Source: Candidatus Moraniibacteriota bacterium (lineage in GTDB: Bacteria > Patescibacteriota > Minisyncoccia > Moranbacterales > UBA1568). Taken from it: a DNA stretch of 64,000 nucleotides. A program made the translations under genes and the position numbers. Positions 38,286 through 53,100 of this stretch are shown here, piece after piece; position 1 is the first letter of the stretch, and every line of letters begins with the position of its first letter. The stretch covers positions 24,002-88,001 of the forward strand of contig SSEF01000020.1 of NCBI GenBank assembly GCA_008012175.1, in the 5' to 3' direction. The notes below the pieces were generated by a model that saw only the letters and a program-made list of their open reading frames with translations, was not told where the DNA came from and did not search any database.

Positions 38286-38855
38286 TTATTTTTCCTCAGC
38301 AGCACGAGACACATACGTGCCCTTTTCAGTATTTACCACAACCCGGTCGCCGGTCTTTATGAAGAGCGGGGTCGTAAGTTGCATCCCAGTTTCGAGTACA
38401 ACCACCTTGTCGCCACCGGAAGCCGTATCACCCTTGATCCCCGGAGGGGCGTCTGCCACGGTGAAAGTCATCTTAATCGGGAGCTCGACATTGAGCGGGC
38501 GCCCATTCCAGTTGAGCATCGTCACCTCCGTCCCGTCGACGAGATAGTCAGCGAGGGAGCCAAGCGTACCCTTATCCAGTACAAACTGGTCATAGTCCTC
38601 CATGTCCATGAAGCTGTATTCATTCCCCTCATGATAGAGGTACTGGGCCTTCGACTTCGTCACTTCGGCTTCATCAACCTTATCCTTGTCCTGGAAGGTA
38701 TAGTCGATGATCGCGCCCGAGAGGAGGTTCTTCAGCTTGGTTCGCATGACCGCGCCACCGCGGCCGAGAAAGCTATGCTGGTACTCAACGACGACATATG
38801 GCTCTTCGTTCCAGAGGATGCGCTTGCCGGTCTTGATTTCAGTAAGGTTCAACAT
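38286..38855 (-). CDS. efp: Elongation factor P
   Basis: LGRGGAVMRTKLKNL, PPGIKGDTASG, ETGM..PLFI. Confidence 0.96.
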   Translation of the reverse strand: MLNLTEIKTGKRILWNEEPYVVVEYQHSFLGRGGAVMRTKLKNLLSGAIIDYTFQDKDKVDEAEVTKSKAQYLYHEGNEYSFMDMEDYDQFVLDKGTLGSLADYLVDGTEVTMLNWNGRPLNVELPIKMTFTVADAPPGIKGDTASGGDKVVVLETGMQLTTPLFIKTGDRVVVNTEKGTYVSRAAEEK

Positions 38856-38973
38856 ATGAAGTGTAGGACAAGAAATTTTTTCGTTTTAGACGAAATGTGA
38901 GACGCAACCGAAAGCTCCAGGAAAGGATGGAAGCGATAGCAAAACAGTCACTACAGGCAGAAACGAGTAAGGT

Positions 38974-39174
38974 TTACTTCACGACGTATGGAATGAGGGC
39001 CATGAAACGGGCGCGCTTGATTGCTAACGTGAGGTTGCGCTGTTCGGTCGCTGTCAGTCCGAAACGCTTCGGCGGATAAATCTTCCCCTGGGAGTTGAGG
39101 AAGCGACGGAGAAAATAGGCATCCTTGTAGTCCAGGCGGCCGAGCTTCTTCCGTGAGTCTTGATCGAGGGTCAT
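38974..39174 (-). CDS. rpsR: 30S ribosomal protein S18
   Basis: DYKD..LRRFL..GKI, AIKRARFMALIPY. Confidence 0.95.
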   Translation of the reverse strand: MTLDQDSRKKLGRLDYKDAYFLRRFLNSQGKIYPPKRFGLTATEQRNLTLAIKRARFMALIPYVVK

Positions 39175-39202
39175 AATAGATAGTCAGTAATTAACGGTAT
39201 AT

Positions 39203-39679
39203 TTAGAACGGAACGTCTTCGATTTTGATCTCTTTCTCGTCATCGAGATTGATCGTCGGAATCTCTTCTTCTTGGACTGGAGCAGCGTTCCGATTTGCAG
39301 CCATGGTGTTCGACGGGGTACGCGGTGCAACCGATCCGGAAGGCGATCCGCCCGCCCGGGAGCCGAGCTGCATGTTCTCGCCGACGACTTCCGTCACGCG
39401 GCGCTGAGAGCCATCCTTAGCTGTATACTCACGGGTCTGGAGCCGTCCCTCTATGAAGAGCTCCTGGCCCTTGGTAAGATATTGCCCAGCAATCTCCGCT
39501 TGGCGACCCCAGAGAATTACCGTGTGGAATTCTGTCTTTTCCTGCTTTTGGCCACTCTTATCGGTCCAGAAATTATTCGTTGCCATCCCGATAGTCGCGA
39601 CACTCTGTCCGGTTGGAGTTGTCCGAATCTCCGGGTCCCGGGTAAGACGGCCGACGAGGATGACTTTGTTCACATTCAT
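39203..39679 (-). CDS. ssb: Single-stranded DNA-binding protein
   Basis: NKVILVGRLTRDPE, C-terminal EDVPF. Confidence 0.97.
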   Translation of the reverse strand: MNVNKVILVGRLTRDPEIRTTPTGQSVATIGMATNNFWTDKSGQKQEKTEFHTVILWGRQAEIAGQYLTKGQELFIEGRLQTREYTAKDGSQRRVTEVVGENMQLGSRAGGSPSGSVAPRTPSNTMAANRNAAPVQEEEIPTINLDDEKEIKIEDVPF

Positions 39680-39730
39680 AGCCTTGTTGCTAAAATTATG
39701 GTTTGCGTTCAAAATCCCACACGATAGAGA

Positions 39731-40258
39731 TCAGATATCGAGCTTCTCCTTCAGCTGGGCATCGATCTCCTCCTTGCTTGCATCTTTAGCTGGAGCTACC
39801 GGAGCAGGCATGGCGGCTGTACGACCCTCGCTGAACGGGGTAGCCGAACGCTCGCGACGGAAGCCACCGCGGGAGCGCGGATCCTTCTTTACATATTCGG
39901 TGCGCTCGATAGGCTTCAGCTCTGGAAGATCATCTGCTCGGAGGATGAGCGTGCGCAGCACCGTCTTCGAGAGGGAAAACTTTCGGTTGAGCCGAGTAAT
40001 CGCGTCCCCCTTCGCCATCTCAGCTTCAAACTCTGCTGCCGAGAGCTCGCCCTTATCCGGCAAAGTGAAGCGACGGGCAATATAGATGCCCCGCATCTCA
40101 CCTTCGACCTCGTAGGCAAGCTTACGCTTGTCCTGAGTCTCAGGCGCCAAGAATTCAGCTCCTTCCTCACGGCAGATTCCTTCAACTTCGGCCCGAATCT
40201 GATCAAGCATCGGCTCCTTACTCTCCCCGACCAGGTAAAACAGTTCGTATTCACGCAT
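39731..40258 (-). CDS. rpsF: 30S ribosomal protein S6
   Basis: MREYELFYL, RKLAYEV, VLRTLILR; rpsF-ssb-rpsR order. Confidence 0.92.
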   Translation of the reverse strand: MREYELFYLVGESKEPMLDQIRAEVEGICREEGAEFLAPETQDKRKLAYEVEGEMRGIYIARRFTLPDKGELSAAEFEAEMAKGDAITRLNRKFSLSKTVLRTLILRADDLPELKPIERTEYVKKDPRSRGGFRRERSATPFSEGRTAAMPAPVAPAKDASKEEIDAQLKEKLDI

Positions 40259-40284
40259 ATACCCTAAATCTCTTAGCGGTTTAG

Positions 40285-40417
40285 AAAACAAAATCCCACA
40301 AACAATTCCGAAAGTCGTGGGACAGGCAGGTTCCTATCTCGAACGAACGTTCAAGCGGGAGCCCTTGGACTTTCTGAGTTGTTTTAGGAGGATACCAGAA
40401 CGAGATGCCTTTGGCAA
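40285..40417 (-). promoter_or_regulatory. Promoter and structured leader of rpsF operon
   Basis: TTGCCA-17-TATCCT, then a stem/CCG-bulge/hairpin and competing terminator/antiterminator pairings. Confidence 0.5.
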
Positions 40418-40456
40418 GAGGAACGCTCCAGGAGCACTCAGCCCGATCGAGAGCAA

Positions 40457-41734
40457 TCAGTTGAAGAGCTTCTTATAGTTCTTTGACCAATAGACAATGC
40501 CATTATAGTAATGAGCATTGAAGGCTCCTAGATAGTTAATCGATGCCTTTCGGATGGTTGCCTCCTTGTCCGATGTCGCCCCAGCTTTGCGGAGCTTGAT
40601 AGCCATAGCCATAACGCCATCGGTCAGGCTCCACGGATCAGGATTCTTGTGTCCGGTCTTGGAACGAATCTCGGACTCATAGCCACGCCAGACATCCGAC
40701 ATGAACTGCGCCACGCCCATTGCGCCGCCCTGTCCGATATAATTTGGCGAGCAGGAAACCTTCTTCGACTTGTTATACCCGAGCGCATCGACGATATCGT
40801 AGAAAATTTCCTTGCGCTTGTAGAGAAGGTTGATGGATGCCTTGTACTTGCTCCCATACTTCTTATACCGAGCAATCGACACCTTCTCCACCTCGGCATA
40901 AGTACACTGACCAGTATTCGCTCCGAGATTCGTCTCCATCTTGAGGAAGCCGTAGAGAACACCTTCGGGAACGCCGGTCTCATCACTCGCATCCTCGACC
41001 GCCTCGCGGATATCCTTGGCGTTATAGGATTTCCCCGTCAAGGTTGCCAAGTCACCCTGGAGTTCGGCTAGTTCTTTCTTGAGACGAGCGACTGTCTTAG
41101 CGACGTCTTCGACATCCTCAAGCGTCTCTTGCTGATCAGAGACCAACACGTTTTTCTCAATCGACTTCTTCTGAAGCAATGCCTCATGATCCTTCTTTGC
41201 ATCCTCAAGCGAAAGCTTTTGGGATTCCGTGTCCGCTTTAGTCAGAGCCAAGGCGGTAAGTGCGGATGAGATTTTTTCCCCAACCGTGAGTAGTCTGTCA
41301 GGGTCATTCACAACATCCGTAAACTGCTCCTCGGCAATAAGTATGCGCGGAAGCGGCCATTCTCCTTGGTAATATAGTTCGCGCATAAGCCCGGCGATAA
41401 CGCCCTTCTTCCCTTCGATCTGCTCTTCCAGAAGTGCGACTTCAGCCTCTTTTCGCTCGATAGTATTGGCAGCTTGACTAATCCTGATCTGCGTTTCAGC
41501 GATCGCTCGCTGCGTCGAGGAGAGCGAGGCGTTGATGCCGGCAAGCTCCGCCTCGAGCGCCTTTTTCTTCGCTTCAGCCGCCTTCAGCTTCTTTTCAACA
41601 TCAGAGATATCGTCCTTGATTTCATCAGCATCATCTTCGGCTGAAACCGGTAGGGTCGTAAGAAAAATCCCGCTCGCTACGAGAAAAGAGAAAAGGAAGG
41701 AAGCTGATCGAAGCTTGTTTATTTTTGTACCCAT
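40457..41734 (-). CDS. Secreted coiled-coil protein with lytic transglycosylase domain
   Basis: Signal peptide, long coiled coil, METNLG (catalytic Glu), GGAMGVAQFM, DPW. Confidence 0.85.
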   Translation of the reverse strand: MGTKINKLRSASFLFSFLVASGIFLTTLPVSAEDDADEIKDDISDVEKKLKAAEAKKKALEAELAGINASLSSTQRAIAETQIRISQAANTIERKEAEVALLEEQIEGKKGVIAGLMRELYYQGEWPLPRILIAEEQFTDVVNDPDRLLTVGEKISSALTALALTKADTESQKLSLEDAKKDHEALLQKKSIEKNVLVSDQQETLEDVEDVAKTVARLKKELAELQGDLATLTGKSYNAKDIREAVEDASDETGVPEGVLYGFLKMETNLGANTGQCTYAEVEKVSIARYKKYGSKYKASINLLYKRKEIFYDIVDALGYNKSKKVSCSPNYIGQGGAMGVAQFMSDVWRGYESEIRSKTGHKNPDPWSLTDGVMAMAIKLRKAGATSDKEATIRKASINYLGAFNAHYYNGIVYWSKNYKKLFN

Positions 41735-41790
41735 TTTCCTATTATACCCTATGAAAAAAGCGGCTCTAGAGAGCCTCTTTTTCCGATTTT

Positions 41791-42813
41791 CTATTTGGCT
41801 GTCTCAGCCTCAAGCTCCTTGACTCGCTTCCAGACAGCTTTTTCAATCTCCTTCGCCAACTTTGGATTCTCCCGGAGAAAAGTCCGCGCCTGCTCCCGGC
41901 CGACACCGAGTTTCACCTCGCCGTAGAGGTGGCTGTTCCCTTGCTTCCTGATAACCTCGTACTTCAGACCGGTATCAAGTACGTCATCGCTCCAGGAAAT
42001 ACCTTCGTTATACATGATGAAGAACGACGTTGTTCGGAATGGTGGCGCGACCTTGTTCTTCACCACTTTCACGTTCACCTGATTACCGACGACTTCCTCA
42101 CCCTTTTTCACCTGAGCGCTCTTCCGGACCTCGACGCGGACCGAGGAGTAAAACTTCAGCGCATTGCCGCCAGTTGTTGTCTCTGGATTGCCGAACATGA
42201 CTCCGATCTTCATGCGCAGCTGATTGATAAAAATCACGACAACGTTGGAGCGGGCGATGATAGCCGTCAGCTTCCGGAGCGCCTGGCTCATGAGTCGCGC
42301 TTGACGACCGACATGCTGATCACCCATCTCACCTTCGATTTCCGCCCGTGGAACAAGCGCCGCGACCGAGTCGATGACGATGACATCGACCGCATTCGAT
42401 CGGACAAGCGTCTCGACGATATCGAGCGCCTGTTCGCCGGAATCCGGCTGCGAAATAAGAAGGTTATTTACATTCACACCGATGCGCTTCGCGTACTCGG
42501 GATCAAGCGCATGCTCCGCATCGATAAAAGCCGCGACGCCACCGGCTTTCTGGGCATTCGCGATCGTATGAAGTGTCAAAGTCGTCTTGCCTGATGACTC
42601 TGGCCCGTATACTTCGACAATACGGCCGCGCGGCATTCCACCGATACCGAGTGCGATATCGAGAGAGAGCGAACCTGTCGGAATCGCCTCGACATCCACC
42701 TTCCGGACATCGCCAAGCTTCATGATCATCCCTTCGCCAAACTTACCCTTAATCTCATCGACAACTGCATCGATGTTTTTCCGCTCCTTCCCAACTGTTT
42801 TTTCCTTTGGCAT
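41791..42813 (-). CDS. recA: Recombinase RecA
   Basis: [31 protein letters not shown]. Confidence 0.99.
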   Translation of the reverse strand: MPKEKTVGKERKNIDAVVDEIKGKFGEGMIMKLGDVRKVDVEAIPTGSLSLDIALGIGGMPRGRIVEVYGPESSGKTTLTLHTIANAQKAGGVAAFIDAEHALDPEYAKRIGVNVNNLLISQPDSGEQALDIVETLVRSNAVDVIVIDSVAALVPRAEIEGEMGDQHVGRQARLMSQALRKLTAIIARSNVVVIFINQLRMKIGVMFGNPETTTGGNALKFYSSVRVEVRKSAQVKKGEEVVGNQVNVKVVKNKVAPPFRTTSFFIMYNEGISWSDDVLDTGLKYEVIRKQGNSHLYGEVKLGVGREQARTFLRENPKLAKEIEKAVWKRVKELEAETAK

Positions 42814-42825
42814 ATACTGTCTTGA

Positions 42826-43824
42826 TTATGGATTAGTACTGACTGGATCAGGGGTCTTGGTATTTATTCCTCTTCCCAGATATGTTTTTCCGCTTACAGC
42901 GATAGCCTGTTCGCCGACGCGCTCCGGTGGGCCACCGTCGAGAATGACCTCTGTCTCCCTGCCATTATCCGTCGTAAGCTGGATGGCGGCGACAAGCCCA
43001 GAGAAACGCTCTTCCTTCCCGGGAGAAAGGGTCCCGCTATAGAGCACTTCCTCACCGCTCATGATAGTAACGCTAATAGGCTTTGAAAGCGCCCGGACAG
43101 CGATATCGAACCCTGACGAATCAGGAGAAGCTGCCACCGAATTAAAAACGACTCGGCTCTCAATAGTCACGATCTCCTCTCTAGTCTTTTCAAAACGATT
43201 GGTTGCGCGGACAGCGATACGATTCAACCCCTGCTGCAAGGTGAGCTCTTCGGAAAATTTTCCGTCCGCTGTAACATAGACCGGCTCGCCGTTAGCCGTC
43301 ACCATGGCTCCCGGATCGGTTTGCCCATGAAGCTCCACCATCGATCCGTCAACTATTGCCCCAGGCAACGGACCGGCAATTGAAAGCCTCGGCTCTGCGA
43401 CAAAACTCCGAAACTCTGAGAAGAGATAAAAAAACGTCCCGCCAAGCACCATCATGAGCAGCACGATCAACACTGTTCGCGGCGTGATAATCCAGGCATT
43501 CATCGTCGGATAACGAACAGGATTCTGCACGGCGGACTCCTGGCCAAGATTTTCCCGTATATCTTTTTCCTTGTCGTAAAGCTTCAAGAAAGCATCATCA
43601 TTCAGCCCAAGATGCCGGGCATAGCTCTTGAGGAAGCCACGTACGTACACTTCGGCAGGGAGCTTCTCATATTCTCCATTCTCCAGAGACTCCAAATACT
43701 TCGCCTGAATTCGGGTCGCCTTCGCTATTTCGGCATAGCTCATTCGATACTGTTGCCGGAGTTTTTTGAGCTTCTCTCCCAGAGTCAGTGATTCGACTTT
43801 CTTTCGGACAAATCCATCGGTCAT
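42826..43824 (-). CDS. RodZ-like HTH membrane protein
   Basis: LGEKLKKLR..YLESLENG..YVRGFLKSYA HTH, one TM, Ig-like extracellular part; next to ftsK. Confidence 0.85.
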   Translation of the reverse strand: MTDGFVRKKVESLTLGEKLKKLRQQYRMSYAEIAKATRIQAKYLESLENGEYEKLPAEVYVRGFLKSYARHLGLNDDAFLKLYDKEKDIRENLGQESAVQNPVRYPTMNAWIITPRTVLIVLLMMVLGGTFFYLFSEFRSFVAEPRLSIAGPLPGAIVDGSMVELHGQTDPGAMVTANGEPVYVTADGKFSEELTLQQGLNRIAVRATNRFEKTREEIVTIESRVVFNSVAASPDSSGFDIAVRALSKPISVTIMSGEEVLYSGTLSPGKEERFSGLVAAIQLTTDNGRETEVILDGGPPERVGEQAIAVSGKTYLGRGINTKTPDPVSTNP

Positions 43825-43918
43825 ATGTCCTACTATATCAAATCCCTCAAAAGACCGAAAGAAAAAACGGCTACCAGTCCGTTTCTTCCCCTCTCCTTCA
43901 AAAGGATAGAAAAAAGGC

Positions 43919-46324
43919 TTATATCTGCCATTTTTCACGAGCAGATTGGTCGGCGATCGGGTCATCACCGTACTGCTTCCCCTCTTCAAGAGTCTTCACG
44001 AGCACTTCGCGCTTTTTGTTCACTTCTGGACCGACCACGCCGCGCTGCTCGAGCGTCTGCATGACACGAGCCGCTTTCGGATAGCCGATCTTGAGGAAAG
44101 TCTGCAGATATGTTGTAGACGCCCGCTGTGTCTCGACAACCAGCTTCTTGGCCGCCTGATAGATCGGGTCATGCTCGTCCTCATCACTCGTTCCCGTGTT
44201 TTCGAGATCGATCGGATGTTCGTCACTACCTCCGAAATCCTCGCCGATCTCATCCAGCCCCTTGTCAATCTTCTGTTGTTCGAGAAAATGCACGACCTTT
44301 TTCACCTCGTCCTCAGAGACGAAGACACCTTGGATCCTCTGCAGCGTAGAAGCTTCAGCCGAAGAGTACAGCATATCACCATTCCCAAGGAGCTTTTCGG
44401 CGCCACCCGTATCGAGAATGGTTCGCGAATCAATCTGGGACTTGAGCTGGAAAGAAATACGCGCCGGCATGTTCGCCTTGATGAGTCCAGTGATGACATT
44501 GACTTCCGGTCGCTGAGTTGCCAGGACGAGATGGATCCCGACGGCCCGTGCCATCTGGGCGATCCGGATAATCGTCGCCTCGACTTCCTTTCCGTGCGCC
44601 ACCATAAGGTCAGCCATCTCATCGATCACGATGACGATCTGAGGCATCGGTGCCAAGCTCTCCTCTCGGACTTCACCTGTTTCCGAGTCAACAACTCGCC
44701 GCTTCTCTCCGCGAAGAAGCTTTTCTCGGTATGAAGAGAGGTCGCGCGAGCCGACCGTTTCCAGGATCTTATAGCGACGTTCCATCTCCGCCACAGCCCA
44801 ACGGAGCGCGCCAACAACTTTGTTGTTATCAACAATGACATCTGTCTTGAGATGCGGAATACCCTTGTACAATGAGAGTTCGACACGCTTCGGATCAACA
44901 AAAATAAATTTCAGATCTTCGGGTGAATTCTGATAGAGGAGCGAGAGGATAAGCGTGTTGATACAGACGCTCTTGCCAGACCGAGTCGTGCCAGCGATAA
45001 GCAGGTGCGGCATCCGACCGAGATCCGCGTAAATGTATTTTCCTGAAACATCCTGTCCAAGCACCACAGTCAGGCTCGACTTGCGCTCGCGGAACTCTTT
45101 TGACTGCAGAAGTTCCCGGAGACGGACATTTACCTTCGCCTTATTCGGCACTTCAATACCAATGAGCGATTTTCCTGGAATTGGAGCCTCGATCCGAATA
45201 TGATGGGCAGCGAGGGCAAGAGCAAGATCATTATGAAGAGTCGTAATGCTCGCAACCTTTACACCTACGGCTGGGCGAAAAGTATACTGCGTCACGGTTG
45301 GGCCAACGAAAACCTCTCCTGGCTCAACATCAATATGAAAATGCTTCAGTGTCCGGATAATGATATCCTTGTTCTGCTCGATATCACCCCCTCCGCCTTT
45401 CGCATCTGAAGCAGATAAGAGCTCGAGCGGGGGGAATTCCCATTGAATACGACGGCGCTTGGGACGAATAAAGGCCGGGACGAGGACAGTCTCATCTTCG
45501 CTTTTCATTTCTGGAACGCCTTCCTGCGCCCCAAGTTCGGCATCTTGTTCGCTTTCAGCAAATCGAATATTTTGAACGTTCATTGGTAACGGGGCTGACT
45601 CTGTAGCTTTCTCAACCGGAACATTGTCTACATCCAAAACCTTGGCTACCGGCATCGGTGACTCAACAGTCGGTTCGAGCGCATTTTCGAGCGAAAGGGC
45701 CGCATCCGGAGAGGTGAGATTTTCTGTTCCAGGGTAGCGCTTCTCTTCTTTTACCTGCGAGTTATTTTCTCCGAAACGCGCCGTTGCCCTTTCAAACCAG
45801 TGGAGAAGGGACACGTTGAAAGCCGCGATTACGCCGGAAACGAATAGGGTGAAGAGAACGACAAACGCCGCAATCTTTCCCATACCGCCCGATAAGAGAC
45901 TTGAGAGAAGATACCCTATATATCCGCCCCCTTCACGTGCGGCTGCCACGGCCTCGAGCTCCTTGGCCGTATCACCGAGGAAAAGGTGCGATAGCCCCAG
46001 GAAAGCAAGGAAGGCGAGCCCGAGACCAGTGTATTTTATAATGTCCGAGAGGCTTGTCTCATGTCGGCGGATAATGAAATAACCAACGAGCGGAAGCAAG
46101 GGGAGGAGAAGCCATTTGCTCCATCCAACAGATAGGCCGATACCTCTGTCAAGCAACTGGCCGAAAGATCCAGCCTGATCGATGAACGAGAGTAGGCAAA
46201 GGATGGAAAAGGCGACGAGAAAAACAGCGACGATGCCCCGCTTAGCATCACCTCCGAGCACTTCTTTCCTTTTCTCTCTCTGCGAATCTAAGTCCGCGCC
46301 GTCATTTTTCTTTTTTCTTCCCAT
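43919..46324 (-). CDS. ftsK: DNA translocase FtsK
   Basis: N-terminal TMs, PHLLIAGTTRSGKS, IDEMAD, ATQRP, gamma domain. Confidence 0.97.
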   Translation of the reverse strand: MGRKKKNDGADLDSQREKRKEVLGGDAKRGIVAVFLVAFSILCLLSFIDQAGSFGQLLDRGIGLSVGWSKWLLLPLLPLVGYFIIRRHETSLSDIIKYTGLGLAFLAFLGLSHLFLGDTAKELEAVAAAREGGGYIGYLLSSLLSGGMGKIAAFVVLFTLFVSGVIAAFNVSLLHWFERATARFGENNSQVKEEKRYPGTENLTSPDAALSLENALEPTVESPMPVAKVLDVDNVPVEKATESAPLPMNVQNIRFAESEQDAELGAQEGVPEMKSEDETVLVPAFIRPKRRRIQWEFPPLELLSASDAKGGGGDIEQNKDIIIRTLKHFHIDVEPGEVFVGPTVTQYTFRPAVGVKVASITTLHNDLALALAAHHIRIEAPIPGKSLIGIEVPNKAKVNVRLRELLQSKEFRERKSSLTVVLGQDVSGKYIYADLGRMPHLLIAGTTRSGKSVCINTLILSLLYQNSPEDLKFIFVDPKRVELSLYKGIPHLKTDVIVDNNKVVGALRWAVAEMERRYKILETVGSRDLSSYREKLLRGEKRRVVDSETGEVREESLAPMPQIVIVIDEMADLMVAHGKEVEATIIRIAQMARAVGIHLVLATQRPEVNVITGLIKANMPARISFQLKSQIDSRTILDTGGAEKLLGNGDMLYSSAEASTLQRIQGVFVSEDEVKKVVHFLEQQKIDKGLDEIGEDFGGSDEHPIDLENTGTSDEDEHDPIYQAAKKLVVETQRASTTYLQTFLKIGYPKAARVMQTLEQRGVVGPEVNKKREVLVKTLEEGKQYGDDPIADQSAREKWQI

Positions 46325-46405
46325 AGAATACCCATAGTATAGCAGTCTCGTGACAACCGAATCAAAGCCGACCAGACATCATGAGCACTATCAGACACAA
46401 AAGAC

Positions 46406-46495
46406 AAAGAGGGGCGGTTCACCCGCCCCTCTTTTTCCACCAGTTTCACCCGTCTAGTGTAGCACAAAAACACCCCTCTTTCAAGGGGTGTTTTC
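46406..46495. terminator. Two terminator-like hairpins after rpoC
   Basis: AAAGAGGGGCGG..CCGCCCCTCTTT and AAAACACCCCT..AGGGGTGTTTT. Confidence 0.75.
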
Positions 46496-46521
46496 TGTCG
46501 ATGCGCGATTTTTTGAAGCAG

Positions 46522-50106
<3,585 letters not shown>

Positions 50107-50128
50107 ATGTGTGGAGTAAGTGAGCGAA

Positions 50129-53100
50129 TTAGACTGTTTCAACGTCATCCTCTTCTTCCCCGTCCACCGAGACGGTCTTCGCCCCCTTCAGCTCGACATT
50201 GAGGCAGAGGCCCTTCAGTTCGTTCACGAGCACATGGAACGAAGCTGGAATATTTGGACTCTTGATCGCCTCGCCTTTGATGATAGACTCGTAGGCTTTC
50301 GATCGGCCGAGTACGTCGTCAGACTTGATGGTGAGCATTTCCTGGAGCGTATGCGCCGCACCGTAGCCTTCGAGCGCCCACACTTCCATTTCACCGAAGC
50401 GCTGGCCGCCGAACTGTGCCTTGCCGCCGAGCGGCTGCTGGGTGATGAGCGAGTAGGGCCCGATGGATCGCATATGAATCTTGTCGTCGACCAAGTGGTT
50501 CAGCTTCATGATATACATGACGCCGACAGTCGTCTCATTGTCATACATCTGGCCGCTCTTGCCATCGACGAGGCGGATCTTGCCGCTTTCTGGCAGGCCA
50601 GCTTCCTTGAGCTGCGCTTTGATATCGGTCTCCGTGACACCGTCGAGAGATGAGCTCGCGACCTTGTAGCCGAGCGTCGAAGCCGCCCAGCCGAGATGCG
50701 TCTCGAGGATCTGTCCGATATTCATACGGGAGGCGACACCGAGCGCGTTCAGGACGACATCGACCGGAGTACCATCCGGGAGGTACGGCATGTCCTCGAC
50801 TGGTGCGACATGGGAAATAACACCCTTGTTGCCGTGACGACCAGCCAGCTTGTCGCCGACCTGAATCTTCCTGAGCTGAGCGACGGAAATCTGGATCTGC
50901 TCGAAGACACCCATCGGGAGCTTGTCGCCCTTGTCGCGGGAGAAGATCTTCACATCGACAACCTTGCCGTGCTCGCCGTGCGGGAGATAGAGGGACGAAT
51001 CCTTCACATCGCGCGACTTCTCTCCGAAGATGACGCGGAGGAGCCGCTCTTCGGCGGTCAGATCGCCTTCGCCTTTCGGCGTGATCTTGCCGCAGAGGAT
51101 GTCGCCGGACGAAACTTCCGCACCGATGCGGATGATACCGTTTTCATCGAGGTTCTTCAGGCGGTCTTCGCCGATATTCGGGATATCGCGGGTGACGACT
51201 TCCGGCCCGAGCTTCGTATCGCGGACATCGAGAGAGAAATCTTCGATATGGATGGAGCTCCAGCGGTCGCGCTGCACGACGCGTTCGGAAATGATAATGG
51301 CGTCCTCGTAGTTGTAACCCTCCCACGGGATGAACGCGACGAGCATGTTCTGTCCGAGCGCGAGTTCGCCCTGCTCGGTCGATGCACCGTCAGCGAGGAG
51401 ATCGCCGGCATCGACTTTCTGACCCTTCGCGACGCGCGGCACCTGGTTCATGGACGTGAACGCGTTCGACTTCTCAAAGCTCTGGAGCGGGTATTCGCGA
51501 TCGAGATGCTCTTTCTTTGAGCCGACCGGCGCCTTGGAGCGGACGATGACATGGGTCGCATCGACTTCGATGACCTCACCGGCGTCAAGCGCGAGGACGA
51601 CCTGGCCCGAATCACGGGCAGCCTTGTCTTCGATACCCGTACCGATGACTGGCGACTCCGGCACGACACAGGAGACGGCCTGGCGTTGCATGTTCGAACC
51701 CATGAGGGCGCGGTTGGCATCATCATGCTCGAGGAACGGGATGAGCGCGGTCGCAATCGAGATGCACTGCTTCACGGAGACATCGATATAGTCGACGGCC
51801 TCAGCCTCGATCGTTTCCGGATGACCCTTCACGCGAGCTTCGACTTGGGTCTCATTGATATTGCGGTCGGCGTCGAGAGAGATGCCGGCATGCGCGATGA
51901 TCTTGCGATCTTCAACGATAGCGTTCAGGTACTCGATCTCGAGCGAGACGAACGGCTTCACCGCGACGGTCTCGCCTTTCTTCTTCCCGGCGACTTTCTC
52001 CGCCAGCGCTTCGGTCAGATGATCGCCCTTCTTGGCGACGCCCTCCACGGTCTCGCGGAGGATGCGACCGGTAAGCTCCTCTTTCTTCGCGGCAACCTCG
52101 TGCTTCACGATGAGGTATGGCGTCTCGAGGAACCCGTATTCGTTCACGCGGGCATAGGTCGCGAGGTGGCCGACGAGACCGATGTTCGGACCTTCTGGCG
52201 TTTCGATCGGACAGATGCGGCCGTAGTGAGAGTGGTGGACGTCACGGACTTCGAAGCCGGCGCGCTCACGGGTGAGTCCGCCCGGGCCCATGGCCGAGAG
52301 ACGACGCTTGTGCTCGAGCTCGGCGAGCGGGTTGACCTGGTCCATGAATTGCGACAACTGCGAGCTCGAGAAGAACTCCTTCACGGCGGCAGCGACCGGG
52401 CGCGGGTTGATGAGCTGCCCTGGGACGACGGTCTCGACATCGCAGGTGCTCATGCGGTCCTTGATGTTCCTCACCATGCGGTAGAGTCCGACACGGAGCT
52501 TGTTCTGGATGAGCTCGCCCACGGCGCGCACGCGACGGTTCCCGAGGTGGTCGATATCGTCCGCTTTGCCTTCCGGATCATTGTTGAGGCGGATGACCTC
52601 GCGGATGATGAGGATGAGGTCATCGATGTTCAAAACGCGGTTCTCTTCTTTGTCGGGACGATCGACTTCGAGCCGCTGGTTCAGGCGATATCGACCGACC
52701 GCGCCAAAGTCATAGCGCTCAAAATTGAAGAACATGCCGTCGATCATCTGCTTGGCATTCTCCTCGGTCGCGAGGTCGCCCGGACGCAGGCGCTTGTACA
52801 CCTCGCGATAGGCTTCGCCCTGGTTGGCGGCACCATCTTTGGCGAGGGTCGTTTCGATATAGTTGATGTCGCCCTTATCGATATCGACGAATGCCTTGCG
52901 GATCTCTTTCTCCACCATGCCGAACGCCTTGAGGAGCGCGGTCACAGCGAGCTTACGCTTGCGGTCGATCTTCACCGAGAGCACGCCGTCGAGGTCGGTC
53001 TCGATCTCGAGCCAGGCGCCGCGGTTCGGGATGATCTTCGCGCCAAAGAGCTTCTTGCCCTTCTGATACTCCATGGTGAAGAACACTCCGGGTGAGCGGA

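Noticed and set aside
40285-40385. 6S RNA or SRP RNA
   Set aside because: Too short for 6S and lacks the SRP GRRA/AGCAG domain; position fits an rpsF leader
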